Below, piece after piece: positions 21,561 to 31,553 of a DNA stretch of 64,000 nucleotides. Below the pieces are notes generated by a model, which searched no databases, was not told the origin of the DNA, and saw nothing but the letters and a program-made list of their open reading frames with translations. Source of the stretch: Myxococcota bacterium (GTDB lineage: Bacteria; Myxococcota_A; Polyangia; Nannocystales; Nannocystaceae); the NCBI GenBank assembly GCA_039028615.1, contig JBCCHT010000004.1:64001-128000 (forward strand), read 5' to 3'. How positions within the stretch are numbered: position 1 is the first letter of the stretch; each line of letters opens with the position of its first letter. Position numbers and translations under genes: made by a program.

Positions 21561-23045
21561 ATGCCTCGTGGTTCACATCGCACAGCGCTCACCTTCGGAG
21601 GGTTGCTCGCGGTCAGCATGCTGACCGCGACGCCGGCTCTCGGACGGACCCAACCAACGCCCGACATCCCGGACAACCCCGCGCTGGCGGTTGGCGATGA
21701 CTGGTATTCGACCCGAGACTGGCCGAATAGGGCGGCCGAGCCCACGGCGAACACCAGCTCCGATGCCGCGCTCGAGTGGGTTCGAGCGCAAGCCGAGAAG
21801 AAGCCCGCTCAGTCGCTACTACGAGGCTCGTACTCGGAGGTCGTCCTGCCCTACGGCACGGAGATCGATGGCTACGGCATCGACGGTGCGACCTGGGAGT
21901 CCTACGGCCACGTGTTCGACCGCGCGCCGAACTCGGGCAACGGCCTGCCCTGCTTCCCGAAGGCGCACACCTACGACGTCCGTCGCCTCCAGGCAGTGGC
22001 AGAGCGGCTCGCGGCCGATGCTGACCCGTCGGCCACTGCCCTTTTTGGTCAGGTCCAGGTCGGGGAGTCGCTCGCGGCCGAGATGCAACGCAGACTCGAT
22101 CGCAAGTCTGCGCTGCTGGGCGAGCCCGACAGCCCCGTGCTCTTGATCGGAGGCGAGTCGGATGGACCATCGCAAGCTGCCCAGTGCCTCGACATCTCCA
22201 GCGACGAACTCGAGGACTGGAGGGACCACTACGTCGCCAACGCGGACGATGACTCGAACCTCTTCAACCTCACCGAGCTGCAGAAGAAGAACATCGACGA
22301 TGCCCACCTCAATGCCGTCGTTCGGCTCGTCTACGGGGAAGGGTCGACTCGAGTCTGTAGCGGGACCTTGATCTCTCCGACGTGGGTCATCACGGCTGCG
22401 CACTGCATTCCTCGTGGCGACATCCCCGTGGAGATCTGGCTCGGCAAGGACATCGCCGAGGAGAATCGGAAGGTCTTCCGCTTCGCGACCAACGAAGACG
22501 CATGTCACATCATGCCGCTGTCGGAGGCAAAGGCCGACCAAGTCCGCTGCGGCGAGCTGACGGAACGTCAGCTCGACAAGCGAAGCTCCCGGCACGACAT
22601 CGCGCTGCTGGAGCTCGCGACGGCCGTAGATCGCCGCGATGCGGTGCCCCGCAAGTACCTCGCGGCCACCGACTCGCCACAGCTCGACGACCACGCCCGC
22701 GTCATCGGGTACGGGTCGACGGACGCCGAAGACTGCGACTCCGCGACGATCAAGCCGTCCACGCGGAGGCTCGCCGCCTTCTTCGAGCTGCGGCTGACCG
22801 TCTCCAAGCAACTACGGCTGGCGACGATGGACGGGTTCGAACAGTCCGTAGCCCCGGGCGACTCGGGAGGAGCCGTCGTCACGACGATTCGCTCCTCCTT
22901 CCAGGAAGAAGTCCTCATCGGAGTGACGAGCGACAGCAGGTGCGGCACGAGGCACTTCGCCGCTCCGGTGTTCAAGCCGACCCACGCCGCGTGGATTGAA
23001 AAAACCACCGGTATCGCAGGGGTCGAAGGGAGCAGAGAGCCATGA
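21561..23045 (+). CDS. Secreted trypsin-like (S1) serine protease with N-terminal extension
   Basis: Signal peptide; CSGTLISPTWVITAAHC, HDIALLEL and PGDSGG give the H-D-S triad. Confidence 0.92.
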   Translation: MPRGSHRTALTFGGLLAVSMLTATPALGRTQPTPDIPDNPALAVGDDWYSTRDWPNRAAEPTANTSSDAALEWVRAQAEKKPAQSLLRGSYSEVVLPYGTEIDGYGIDGATWESYGHVFDRAPNSGNGLPCFPKAHTYDVRRLQAVAERLAADADPSATALFGQVQVGESLAAEMQRRLDRKSALLGEPDSPVLLIGGESDGPSQAAQCLDISSDELEDWRDHYVANADDDSNLFNLTELQKKNIDDAHLNAVVRLVYGEGSTRVCSGTLISPTWVITAAHCIPRGDIPVEIWLGKDIAEENRKVFRFATNEDACHIMPLSEAKADQVRCGELTERQLDKRSSRHDIALLELATAVDRRDAVPRKYLAATDSPQLDDHARVIGYGSTDAEDCDSATIKPSTRRLAAFFELRLTVSKQLRLATMDGFEQSVAPGDSGGAVVTTIRSSFQEEVLIGVTSDSRCGTRHFAAPVFKPTHAAWIEKTTGIAGVEGSREP

Positions 23046-25537
23046 ACCGTATCGTAGGAGCCATCAGTATCCTGGCCATCGCGCTCGGCATCGCGTCCGT
23101 TTCGCGTACGGCGGAAGCCGCCGACGGGCCCGATGTCGTCGCCGCCATCAAGGCAAAGGTCGGGGTCATCGACGGCGACATCCAGGACGTCGAGATCGAA
23201 CTCGATGCACAGGCCTATTTCGACGGCTGTGGGCAAGTCCACGGCAGGACGGTGGACGCGTTGGTCAAGCTCGAAGAAGCCCGCCACGCGGAGTTCATCG
23301 GCCGGCTGGAGTCCTGCGCGATGTACGAGGAGGTGAAGCAGTTCTGTGATGCTCCGCTTTCCGACCCCTTCGCGAAGCCAGTGGACTATCGAAAGGTGGC
23401 AACCCTGGCGAGCAAGGACTACTTCGACGACCTCGAGCGCCATGCCGCGAGTACGACGGGGGATGTCCCCGAGTGGTGCGCCCGAAACGAGTCCAACCCT
23501 GCCCCCTTCGAAGACGCCCTAGAAGAGAATGCCCCGGATACCAACAAGTCAGGGGGAGGAGTACTCGGCGAGGCACTGGGACCCTCGTGGCAGGACGCGG
23601 TCGTGCGAGGCATCGCGGCGTTCATCAGCGCGCGGCTGAAGGCCGAGCTCGAGCTGCTAGTGCAGGACCGTCTCGCCGACGACCTGTGCAAGGTCGACAA
23701 GATGAAGACGCTGCTCGACAACACCTGCACCGTCATCGAGGGCATGCGCGGCCAGGACGGGCCGATCGCGTGGGGTACCGTAAAAAGTGCCGTCGAGGAG
23801 GACCTGCTCGCACTCCCGGCCGTATTGGTCGACGAGTATCTGGTGCAGCGCAAGCGGTACGGCATCGCGGCCGCCCTCACCGGCTCGGTGCTCGTGATGG
23901 AGTCGGTGCGTCGAGGCAAGTCGCCCGTGGTCGTGCTCGGCGGGCTGACCTCGCTGAGCAAAGACGTGAGCCCCTGCAAGCTCCAGCCCGCGCTGTGCAC
24001 GATGTGGATGCTGGGCGTGAGCGGCCAGGTCATCGGTGTCGGCCTCGAAGAGCCCGTGGGAGCGAACTCCGAGCACTACGGCGAGATCGCAGCCCGGCTC
24101 ATGCTCTACCGCGCATTCGAGGGAACAGCCGAGAATGCGCGTCCAGACTTCGTCAACGAAGAAAAGTACCCCACGTTGGTCGCGGCCGCCTTGGCGGACT
24201 CGAGACTCCGGCTTCAGTCGGTGACCACCCAGCTGAAGGAGCTCGAAGCGGAACAAAAGGACGGCAAGGCCCTCGACTTCGAGACCTTCGCCGACCTTGC
24301 GCGAGACCTCAGCTACATCCTCGAGGGTGGAGCCGTGGTCGGCACCGGGGTCGAACGTGATGACGCCAGCTGCAAGGACCTACGGAGCGCCGAGGCGGGG
24401 CAGGCCGACGCAAAGGCCGCGCTCGAGAAGGCCCAAGAAGACCTCGCGGAAAAGCCCCAAGACGCGGCATTGATCGCCGCCGAAAAATCCGCCTCCGAGG
24501 ACGACGACGCGGCCAAAAAGAAACTTCGCGACGAGCAGAGACGCTGTGTCGCGGCGAGCTTCTACAGCAGTACCGATTTGTTCGAGGCGATCCACGACGC
24601 GCGCACGCGCGACTTCCAGGGACTCGTGGTCCGACTCTTCGCCATCGCCGAGCGCCTCGATGTCGAGATTCCCCCTGCCCTACTGAAATACGGGCCGTTC
24701 CTCGCCGACTTCGCCTCGGCCCAGGACGCCGAGTCCATCGAAAAAGCGCTCGAGTCGGTCGCGGAGCCCGTGGGTTCCTACAAGAAGAAGCGCGGTGACG
24801 CGGGCTCGATCCGAGCGGCTCGATATCGGGAGCGCGAGGAGTTCTCGGGGCGAAAGGGCAAGGCCTTCCGGCAGCACTGGAGAAAGAAACGAGGGAACTA
24901 TCGCCGAAGTACGATCAAGAAAGACAAGAAAACCAACGAAGGCATGACGAACCTCGAGTTCCGACGCTGGTGGCGAAGCAACCGCCTGAACGAGGGCTAC
25001 GGTCGGCGCCCGCGGGTGATCACGATCAACGCCTACGCGGGAGCGCGAGGCGGCGGCGACATCCTGGTCGACTCGCAGGTCGACAACATCGCAGCCGGTC
25101 AGTTCGGCCTCTTCGCCCCCATGGGCCTCGAGATGGCCTGGGGCCTGGGCCGCTCGTCCTCCGTCGGGCTCTTCGTCTCCGTCATCGACGTGGGTGCCCT
25201 GGCCGACTTCCGCTTCGGCGACGCCAACGTCGACGACACCCCGGCCGACGACACGACCATGGGCGACGGCCCCGACAATCAAACGGATGCGGAGGTCGAT
25301 ACGCAGCCCCAGATCGGCCTGCGGCAGGTGGTCTCGCCCGGCCTGTACCTGATGTTCGGCATCCCCAAGACGCCGTTCACCCTCGGGTTCGGCGGCGCCT
25401 TCTCGCCCCGTCTGCGCAGCGTGACCCTGAATCCCAACGACGAAAACGCCACCACGGAGCAGGAGTCGGTCTTCACTCTCAGTGGTGTGTTCGCGGTCGA
25501 CATCCCCGTCGTGGTCATTCACAAGCGGCACCGCTAG
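23042..25537 (+). CDS. Secreted hypothetical protein (helical body, beta-rich C-terminus, basic insert)
   Basis: Signal peptide MNRIVGAISILAIALGIASVSRTAEA; ATGA coupling to the protease; 831 aa. Confidence 0.75.
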   Translation: MNRIVGAISILAIALGIASVSRTAEAADGPDVVAAIKAKVGVIDGDIQDVEIELDAQAYFDGCGQVHGRTVDALVKLEEARHAEFIGRLESCAMYEEVKQFCDAPLSDPFAKPVDYRKVATLASKDYFDDLERHAASTTGDVPEWCARNESNPAPFEDALEENAPDTNKSGGGVLGEALGPSWQDAVVRGIAAFISARLKAELELLVQDRLADDLCKVDKMKTLLDNTCTVIEGMRGQDGPIAWGTVKSAVEEDLLALPAVLVDEYLVQRKRYGIAAALTGSVLVMESVRRGKSPVVVLGGLTSLSKDVSPCKLQPALCTMWMLGVSGQVIGVGLEEPVGANSEHYGEIAARLMLYRAFEGTAENARPDFVNEEKYPTLVAAALADSRLRLQSVTTQLKELEAEQKDGKALDFETFADLARDLSYILEGGAVVGTGVERDDASCKDLRSAEAGQADAKAALEKAQEDLAEKPQDAALIAAEKSASEDDDAAKKKLRDEQRRCVAASFYSSTDLFEAIHDARTRDFQGLVVRLFAIAERLDVEIPPALLKYGPFLADFASAQDAESIEKALESVAEPVGSYKKKRGDAGSIRAARYREREEFSGRKGKAFRQHWRKKRGNYRRSTIKKDKKTNEGMTNLEFRRWWRSNRLNEGYGRRPRVITINAYAGARGGGDILVDSQVDNIAAGQFGLFAPMGLEMAWGLGRSSSVGLFVSVIDVGALADFRFGDANVDDTPADDTTMGDGPDNQTDAEVDTQPQIGLRQVVSPGLYLMFGIPKTPFTLGFGGAFSPRLRSVTLNPNDENATTEQESVFTLSGVFAVDIPVVVIHKRHR

Positions 25538-25678
25538 CCCAAGCTCCCAGGGGCACAGGCGTGGCCTCCACGCCTGTGCGTTCGAGTCCATGCTCCGAGA
25601 AGGCTGTTTCTCTCGGTCATGGACTCGACGCGTGGGTCCGTGCTGCTTCGAGCGTCCGCGCATGCGAGACTCTCCACG

Positions 25679-26797
25679 ATGCCTTCACGGACCCGCCGTC
25701 GCCGACCGCCGTCGCCCCGGCCGAGCGCTCTGACGCTCGCCTTCGTCATGCTCGGCGGGTGCGGCACGCCGACCCCGAACACGCAACCGCAGAAGGCAGC
25801 CGAGCAGGCCACGCCAACGCCAGCGGAGACCAAGCCCCAGACGCCGACCTCGGTCGCCACGCCTGTCCCCGCCAAGCCATCGCCCCATCTTCCCGTCGTC
25901 CGGGACGGGCCCCCGAAGAAGGCCGCGGAAGCGCTTTCCTTGATGATCGGCGGGCGCTTCGACATTCCGCTGCCCCCCGAGCTGGAGGGCATCCTTCACG
26001 ATCGCATCGCCCAGGGGCACCGCTGGGCGGCCCAGGACCTCTACTTGGTGGGAGGCATCGATGCGGTCGCGACCGCGATGGCCAAGACCAAAGACGATGC
26101 GATCGTCGACTCGCTCGCGAAGTCGATCGGGCTGCGCTTCCGCTTGGCTCGGAATCAACTCGAACCCAACGAACCGACCGCGGCCGCCAAGGTCCTGACC
26201 GCGAAATTGGCCACCGCCAGCGATCCGCATCCCCTACTGTCCGCACTGCGAGACATCGGCCCCGATGCGGGTGACGCGGCCCGAGTTCCAGTCGCCGCGT
26301 TGCTCGCGGACGCGGACACTCGGCAAGACGCCGCCGCCACCCTCGCATCCTTGGGCGCAGACGAGACGACGGAGACACTCTTTGCCCACCTCGGAGACGA
26401 AGACGCCGACGTCCGCATCGCAGTCGCTCAGGCAATTGGTTGCTCTGGAGCTGACGTCTCCGCCCGCTTGCAGGAGTTACTGAAGAGCGAAGACGTGCGT
26501 GTGCAAGAGACCGCGGTGCGAGCGCTGGCGCATCTGGGGCCCGACGCAGCGGAGGCTGTCGGGGCCCTCACGCTCCTGCTCGATCACTCCAACGTCGAAC
26601 TGGTCGGCCACACCGCGCATACGCTGGGCGCGATCGGAAGTGCAGCCAAGCCCGCACTCCCGGCCCTGCACCGAGCTGCCGCCACGGCGAAGAAACGAAG
26701 CCCCACCGCCGACGTCGACCTGCAGATCGCCATCTCCAGCATCGAAGGCAACGTGGAGCGCCCCAACTCCTGCCCCTACCCGGCCGAGACTCCCTGA
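25679..26797 (+). CDS. HEAT-repeat lipoprotein
   Basis: Lipobox LGGC, Pro/Thr linker, repeats such as DEDADVRIAVAQAIG and SEDVRVQETAVRALAHLG. Confidence 0.8.
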   Translation: MPSRTRRRRPPSPRPSALTLAFVMLGGCGTPTPNTQPQKAAEQATPTPAETKPQTPTSVATPVPAKPSPHLPVVRDGPPKKAAEALSLMIGGRFDIPLPPELEGILHDRIAQGHRWAAQDLYLVGGIDAVATAMAKTKDDAIVDSLAKSIGLRFRLARNQLEPNEPTAAAKVLTAKLATASDPHPLLSALRDIGPDAGDAARVPVAALLADADTRQDAAATLASLGADETTETLFAHLGDEDADVRIAVAQAIGCSGADVSARLQELLKSEDVRVQETAVRALAHLGPDAAEAVGALTLLLDHSNVELVGHTAHTLGAIGSAAKPALPALHRAAATAKKRSPTADVDLQIAISSIEGNVERPNSCPYPAETP

Positions 26798-26970
26798 GCG
26801 ACTCTTCGGCCCGACCCGAACCACGCGCACGCCGGACGGCGGACGCGGCGGTCGGTTCCACCCGCTGTCCGGGACGGGGGCCGCCGTTTTCGGGCATCGG
26901 GCCCTCGCTCGAAAAAAGTGATGCAGTCGAGGATCGATTCTGCGCCCACGGTTACTCCCGCAACGACCTC

Positions 26971-27666
26971 ATGTCGTTCGCCGAACGAGCCCGTCCCACG
27001 AGTGCCGAGCCCTACCTCCGATCCGCCCCCACGGCGGTCGGGCTCGGCCTCGCCTTGTTGCTGGCCGCATGTGGAGACGAGCGAGTCCTCGGCGACATGG
27101 CCGAGGACCCGACCACGGGGAGCGAGGGCACGGACGAGGACGTTGCGGAGAGCACGGGCGAGCCCGAGCCCGAGCCGGACGACGGCAGCACCGACGACGG
27201 CGGAAGCTCGGAGACCGGCGAGCCCGAGTCACGGTGCACCTGCGTCGACCTCGATCGGGTGTGCAGCCACGACACGGAGCTCGCCACCTTCGACTGCGAA
27301 CTGCCGGAGCCCTGCGGCGTGCTGCACGACCAGGGGGTGAGCTTCGACACCGTCACGTGCGTGCTCGACCTGCTGATCGACCAGGAGCCGGCGCGTTTTC
27401 GGTACCACTTTCAAAACGACATCGGCACCTGGGAAACGGAGACGTGGTCGGGCTGGTTTTACATTCTCGGGCCCGGCCAAGGGCTCGACAACGAGTGCTA
27501 CCGCCACGAGATCGACCAATACGAGGAAAACATCGCGACCGCGAATCTCTACACGCTCGCCGATCCGAGCGTCTTTTTGGACTGCATCGGGCTGACGGTC
27601 GATGCCAAGCGCGCGTGTCTGCTCGCCGGGCTGGAGGCAGGCGACTCCGCGCCCGAGTGCCTGTAG
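26971..27666 (+). CDS. Cys-rich hypothetical lipoprotein
   Basis: Lipobox LAAC, acidic linker, Cys-rich C-terminal domain. Confidence 0.7.
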   Translation: MSFAERARPTSAEPYLRSAPTAVGLGLALLLAACGDERVLGDMAEDPTTGSEGTDEDVAESTGEPEPEPDDGSTDDGGSSETGEPESRCTCVDLDRVCSHDTELATFDCELPEPCGVLHDQGVSFDTVTCVLDLLIDQEPARFRYHFQNDIGTWETETWSGWFYILGPGQGLDNECYRHEIDQYEENIATANLYTLADPSVFLDCIGLTVDAKRACLLAGLEAGDSAPECL

Positions 27667-27669
27667 GGC

Positions 27670-28857
27670 TCAGCCCACGGGGACGGTGGGGATGACGAAC
27701 AGCGCCCCCGCCCTCGCCGCGGGATCCTGACTGTCCGAAACCTCGGCGTAGAAGAAGAAGCCGGTCAGGTCGATGCCGACGCCGATCAGAGGCACGGTGA
27801 CGACCTCGTCGGTGTTCGTGACCGAGCCGGTAATCTCACCGCTGGAGTCGAGCACGAGGTCGGCGGGGATTCCCGACTGCGGGATGAAGACGTCGAGCCC
27901 CGCGGGCATCGGCTCCTCCGACCACGAGTACGGGGTGAGCCCGCCGTCCGCCTCCAGCTGCGCCACGTAGGGCACGGCGATGCCGGGGATGACGGCGAGC
28001 AGCGGCAGCACGACGACCTTGAACGCGAGCAGGTCGTACTCCTGCGTGCCGACCACCGTCAGCGGCCGCAGGTCGACCTGAAACGAGAAGTCCTGCTCGT
28101 CCCACCCCGGCGGGCGCTGAGCATCGACGACGCGAATGCGGAAATCGAATGGGCCGGGCTGCAGCGGCATCCCGGTCACGGCTCCCGCCGCATCCACGAT
28201 GACGCCGTCCGGCAGGGCGCCATCGACGAGGAACCAGCCGTAGGGTTCGGTGCCTCCCAGCGCCAGCAAGGGCACGTTCATGGGCATGCCTTCGTCGAAG
28301 GCCCCCAGCTCGGGCAAGGTGATGATCGTCAGGGGCTCGGAGTGGACGGTGATCGAAAAGTCGCGCGAGGCCGTGGTGCCCTCGGCATCTTCGACCTGCG
28401 CCTCGAACACGTAGTCGCCCGTCGCCGTCGGGACCCCGGTCACCGCTCCGGTCGCATCGACCGACAAGCCCGGCGGCACCTGGCCCGAGCCCACGCTCCA
28501 GGCATAGGGCGGCGCACCACCCGTAGCGGCGAGCGTCTGGTCGTAGTCGAAGCTCAAGGCCCCCGGTTCGAGCACCTCGGTGGTGACCATCAGGGCTTCG
28601 GCCTGACACATGCCGTCGAGGCACAGCTGCCCGTCTGCACACGGCTCGGTCAGCCACTCCGTGCCGTCGTCCGCACAGACCAAGACCTCTGCTTCACCGC
28701 ATAGTCGTTCCCCCGCGACACAGATGGGGGCCAAGCCCGTCTCGTCGCCTCCCGAGCTCGACGTGCCGCCCCCCGCGGTCGCAGGAGCATCGTTGGCAGT
28801 GCATGCCACGGAGGCCAAGGCGGCTGCGACGAGGAGGTCCCGGGTGCGCTCGAGCAT
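27670..28857 (-). CDS. Lipoprotein with putative Ig (cadherin-like/He_PIG) domains
   Basis: Lipobox-like SVAC; three repeats of ATGGAPPYAW / ALGGTEPYGW / ADGGLTPYSW followed by P.G...D..G.VTG. Confidence 0.8.
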   Translation of the reverse strand: MLERTRDLLVAAALASVACTANDAPATAGGGTSSSGGDETGLAPICVAGERLCGEAEVLVCADDGTEWLTEPCADGQLCLDGMCQAEALMVTTEVLEPGALSFDYDQTLAATGGAPPYAWSVGSGQVPPGLSVDATGAVTGVPTATGDYVFEAQVEDAEGTTASRDFSITVHSEPLTIITLPELGAFDEGMPMNVPLLALGGTEPYGWFLVDGALPDGVIVDAAGAVTGMPLQPGPFDFRIRVVDAQRPPGWDEQDFSFQVDLRPLTVVGTQEYDLLAFKVVVLPLLAVIPGIAVPYVAQLEADGGLTPYSWSEEPMPAGLDVFIPQSGIPADLVLDSSGEITGSVTNTDEVVTVPLIGVGIDLTGFFFYAEVSDSQDPAARAGALFVIPTVPVG

Positions 28858-29106
28858 GAACGACGCGGAGTCTACTCCGGCCCCGAAAATCGACTCGTAC
28901 GGTGCGCCCGCCGCCCTCGACGAGCAGCGTTTCAATCCGCCCCGGAGCCCTTGTAGGGAAACCGGACACGCCGGCCCCGACGCCACCGACGAACGTGCGT
29001 CGACGCCGAACGTGGGAGGTCAGTCACGATCTCGGCGCGAGAAATTTCTTCGTGTCGGTCGCTGGCGCCCTCCTCGAAACGACTCGTTTGGCACGGCATC
29101 GAACCC

Positions 29107-29188
29107 GACCGGAACGACTCGTGGCCCATGTTCGACCGAGACCGGAACGACTCGTTGCACTCTGACGAGGACGACCGGATCGACTCGT
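29107..29188. repeat. Three 16-bp direct repeats at 33-bp period with different 17-bp spacers
   Basis: GACCGGAACGACTCGT at 29107 and 29140, GACCGGATCGACTCGT at 29173; partial copies at 29078 and 29295. Confidence 0.8.
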
Positions 29189-29436
29189 GACCACGACGCG
29201 AAGGGTGGCTCGATGCTTCGCGTCGCAGTGAGACGCGAGCAACGGCGATTCGCTTTCGGCACCGCTGCACGACGACACGACGGTGAACGACTTCGACCGC
29301 AACGAGCCGGTATGCTTGCTTCATCATCACCGGACACGTTCATTCCGATGCGCCCCATGACGCGTGAAAGAGACAGCGAGGGATGGGATCGAACGAGCGC
29401 GATGGCTATAGTGTCTTCGCTAGGATTCTGGAAACC

Positions 29437-30438
29437 ATGGGCCATCGCATTCTTCACGTCCCGTCCATCGCTGCCCTCTGCGCGTTCGCTCTAACCGCCT
29501 GTGGGGGTGCCTCACCCGCCGGCACTACCTTTGGGGATGGCAGTAGCGGCCAGGTCGGCGACAGCGGCGAGCCGACGCCGAATACGGACGACGGCACCAA
29601 TGAAGACGACGATTCCGGGATGGCGGATGGCTCCGAAGACACGGGCGAGGAGACCGGACAGCAAAGCGCCGACTGCAGCTTTGGCCAACAGATTTCCGGG
29701 GGCGGTACCGCAGCCGGGTTCACCACCCTCGATATCAGCATCGGCAGCGATCAATACAAGGTGCAGACCAACCCCTGGGGTGGTGCGACGCAGACCATCA
29801 CCGCAGGCGGGGGGAAGGTGTTCTCCATCGATTCCATCACGCACCCGCCGGGCGGCAACGACTGGGACGTCCATACCTTCCCCTCGGTCTACAAGGGCAC
29901 GGCCTACGGTGGAGAGCCCACCACCGGGAGCGGCCTGCCCATCGCGGTGTCCGACATCAGCAGCGTGTGCACCGGGATGCGAACCAACGCGATCGGCAAC
30001 TCCTATTCGGGCAACGCCACCTATGACGTCTACTTCACCCACGACCAGAACTACGCGGGTGGCCCCCCCGACACCTACTTGATGGTCTGGTACGTCGCCA
30101 AGAGCCTCAACCCGATCAACTCGCCCGGAGAAGGCTGGGACTGCGCCGCCAACCCGCCCACGTTCATCGGCGCGTGCTCGGGCGCAGGCGACGTCATGAT
30201 CAACGGCCAGCGCTTCTATCGTTTCCGCGGTCCCAACGGCAACGCCGAGGTCATCAGCTATGTCCCCGACTCCGCGATGCACGAGTGGGAGTTCGACCTC
30301 AACGACTTCATCCAAGACGCGATCAGCGTCGGCGCCGTCACCCCGGGGATGTACCTCCAGAGCATCCAGGGCGGTCTCGAGGTCGCCGATGGCGGCAACG
30401 GCCTGATGATCGAGGACTTCTACGCCAACGTGGAATAG
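29437..30438 (+). CDS. Glycoside hydrolase family 12-like lipoprotein
   Basis: Lipobox [60 protein letters not shown]. Confidence 0.8.
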   Translation: MGHRILHVPSIAALCAFALTACGGASPAGTTFGDGSSGQVGDSGEPTPNTDDGTNEDDDSGMADGSEDTGEETGQQSADCSFGQQISGGGTAAGFTTLDISIGSDQYKVQTNPWGGATQTITAGGGKVFSIDSITHPPGGNDWDVHTFPSVYKGTAYGGEPTTGSGLPIAVSDISSVCTGMRTNAIGNSYSGNATYDVYFTHDQNYAGGPPDTYLMVWYVAKSLNPINSPGEGWDCAANPPTFIGACSGAGDVMINGQRFYRFRGPNGNAEVISYVPDSAMHEWEFDLNDFIQDAISVGAVTPGMYLQSIQGGLEVADGGNGLMIEDFYANVE

Positions 30439-30536
30439 TCGCCCGCGATCGCGCGCCAAGAGGCCGAGCCGTGCTCCACGGCTCGGCCTTCGTGCGTCTG
30501 GCGGCCCGTAGCCGAGTTTGCGGGCGCGGCCGACGA

Positions 30537-31553
30537 ATGCCGCTATCCTTGCCCGCGCCCGTGTCCGCCGACCCTTCCCCCCACGAGGACCGCGTCCAGG
30601 CGATGGCCATCGAAGCCACCCGCGCCGAGGCGGTCGTCTCGACCGAGGTGGTGCAGAGCCTGTGGAGCGGCTACGGCCAGATCGTCCGCTGCCACCTTCG
30701 CGGTGCGCCCCGACCGAGCGTGATCGTCAAGCATGTGAAGTGGCCGTCCGAGCAGGACCACCCGCGAGGCTGGAGCACCAACCGCTCGCATGAGCGCAAG
30801 GTGAAGTCGTATCAGGTCGAGACGGCGTGGTACCGCGACTACGCCGGCCGCTGCTCGGATGCGTGCCGCGTCCCGCAGTACCTCAGGGCGCAGACGCTCG
30901 GCGACGAAGTGTTCATGGTGCTCGAGGACCTCGACGCCTCGGGTTTCGGCGCCCGTCGACGCCACGTGAGCGCAGCGGAGATCGAGGCGTGCCTGAGCTG
31001 GCTCGCCCACTTCCACGCCACGTTCATGGGCGCGGCCCCGCGAGGCCTGTGGGACACGGGGACCTACTGGCACCTGCAGACGCGTCCCGACGAGCTCGCC
31101 GCGCTGCCCGAGGGCCCGCTCAAGGCCGCTGCCGCCACGCTCGACCAACGCTTGAGCGATAGCCCCTTCCAGACCTTCGTGCACGGCGATGCCAAGCTCG
31201 CGAACTTCTGCTTCTCACCCGACGGGCGCCGCGTGGCCGCCGTGGACTTCCAGTACGTCGGAGGCGGATGCGGGATGAAGGACGTGGCCTACTTCATCAG
31301 TAGCTGCCTCGACGAAGACGAGAGCGAGCGGCAGGAGCAGAGCTTGCTCGACCTGTACTTCGAGCGACTCCACGGCGCCCTGGCCCGGATCGGCTCCGAC
31401 GTCGACTTCGACGCCCTGCATCGCGACTGGCGGGCGCTGTATCCCGTAGCGTGGACCGACTTCTATCGATTCCTGCAGGGCTGGAGCCCGGGCCACTGGA
31501 AGATTCACCGCTACAGCGAGCAGCTCGCTCGCGAAGTGCTCGAGGGTCTATGA
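30537..31553 (+). CDS. Choline/aminoglycoside/ecdysteroid-kinase-like phosphotransferase
   Basis: [36 protein letters not shown]; start uncertain (30537-30603). Confidence 0.85.
   Translation: MPLSLPAPVSADPSPHEDRVQAMAIEATRAEAVVSTEVVQSLWSGYGQIVRCHLRGAPRPSVIVKHVKWPSEQDHPRGWSTNRSHERKVKSYQVETAWYRDYAGRCSDACRVPQYLRAQTLGDEVFMVLEDLDASGFGARRRHVSAAEIEACLSWLAHFHATFMGAAPRGLWDTGTYWHLQTRPDELAALPEGPLKAAAATLDQRLSDSPFQTFVHGDAKLANFCFSPDGRRVAAVDFQYVGGGCGMKDVAYFISSCLDEDESERQEQSLLDLYFERLHGALARIGSDVDFDALHRDWRALYPVAWTDFYRFLQGWSPGHWKIHRYSEQLAREVLEGL

Noticed and set aside
29107..29188. Repeat-spacer pattern as a canonical CRISPR array
   Set aside because: 16-bp repeats and 17-bp spacers are too short, there are only three good copies, and no cas genes are present; kept as an unexplained repeat.
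28610..29494. 294-aa + strand ORF across the intergenic repeat
   Set aside because: Overlaps both flanking genes and has no recognisable domain; a shorter coding remnant cannot be excluded.
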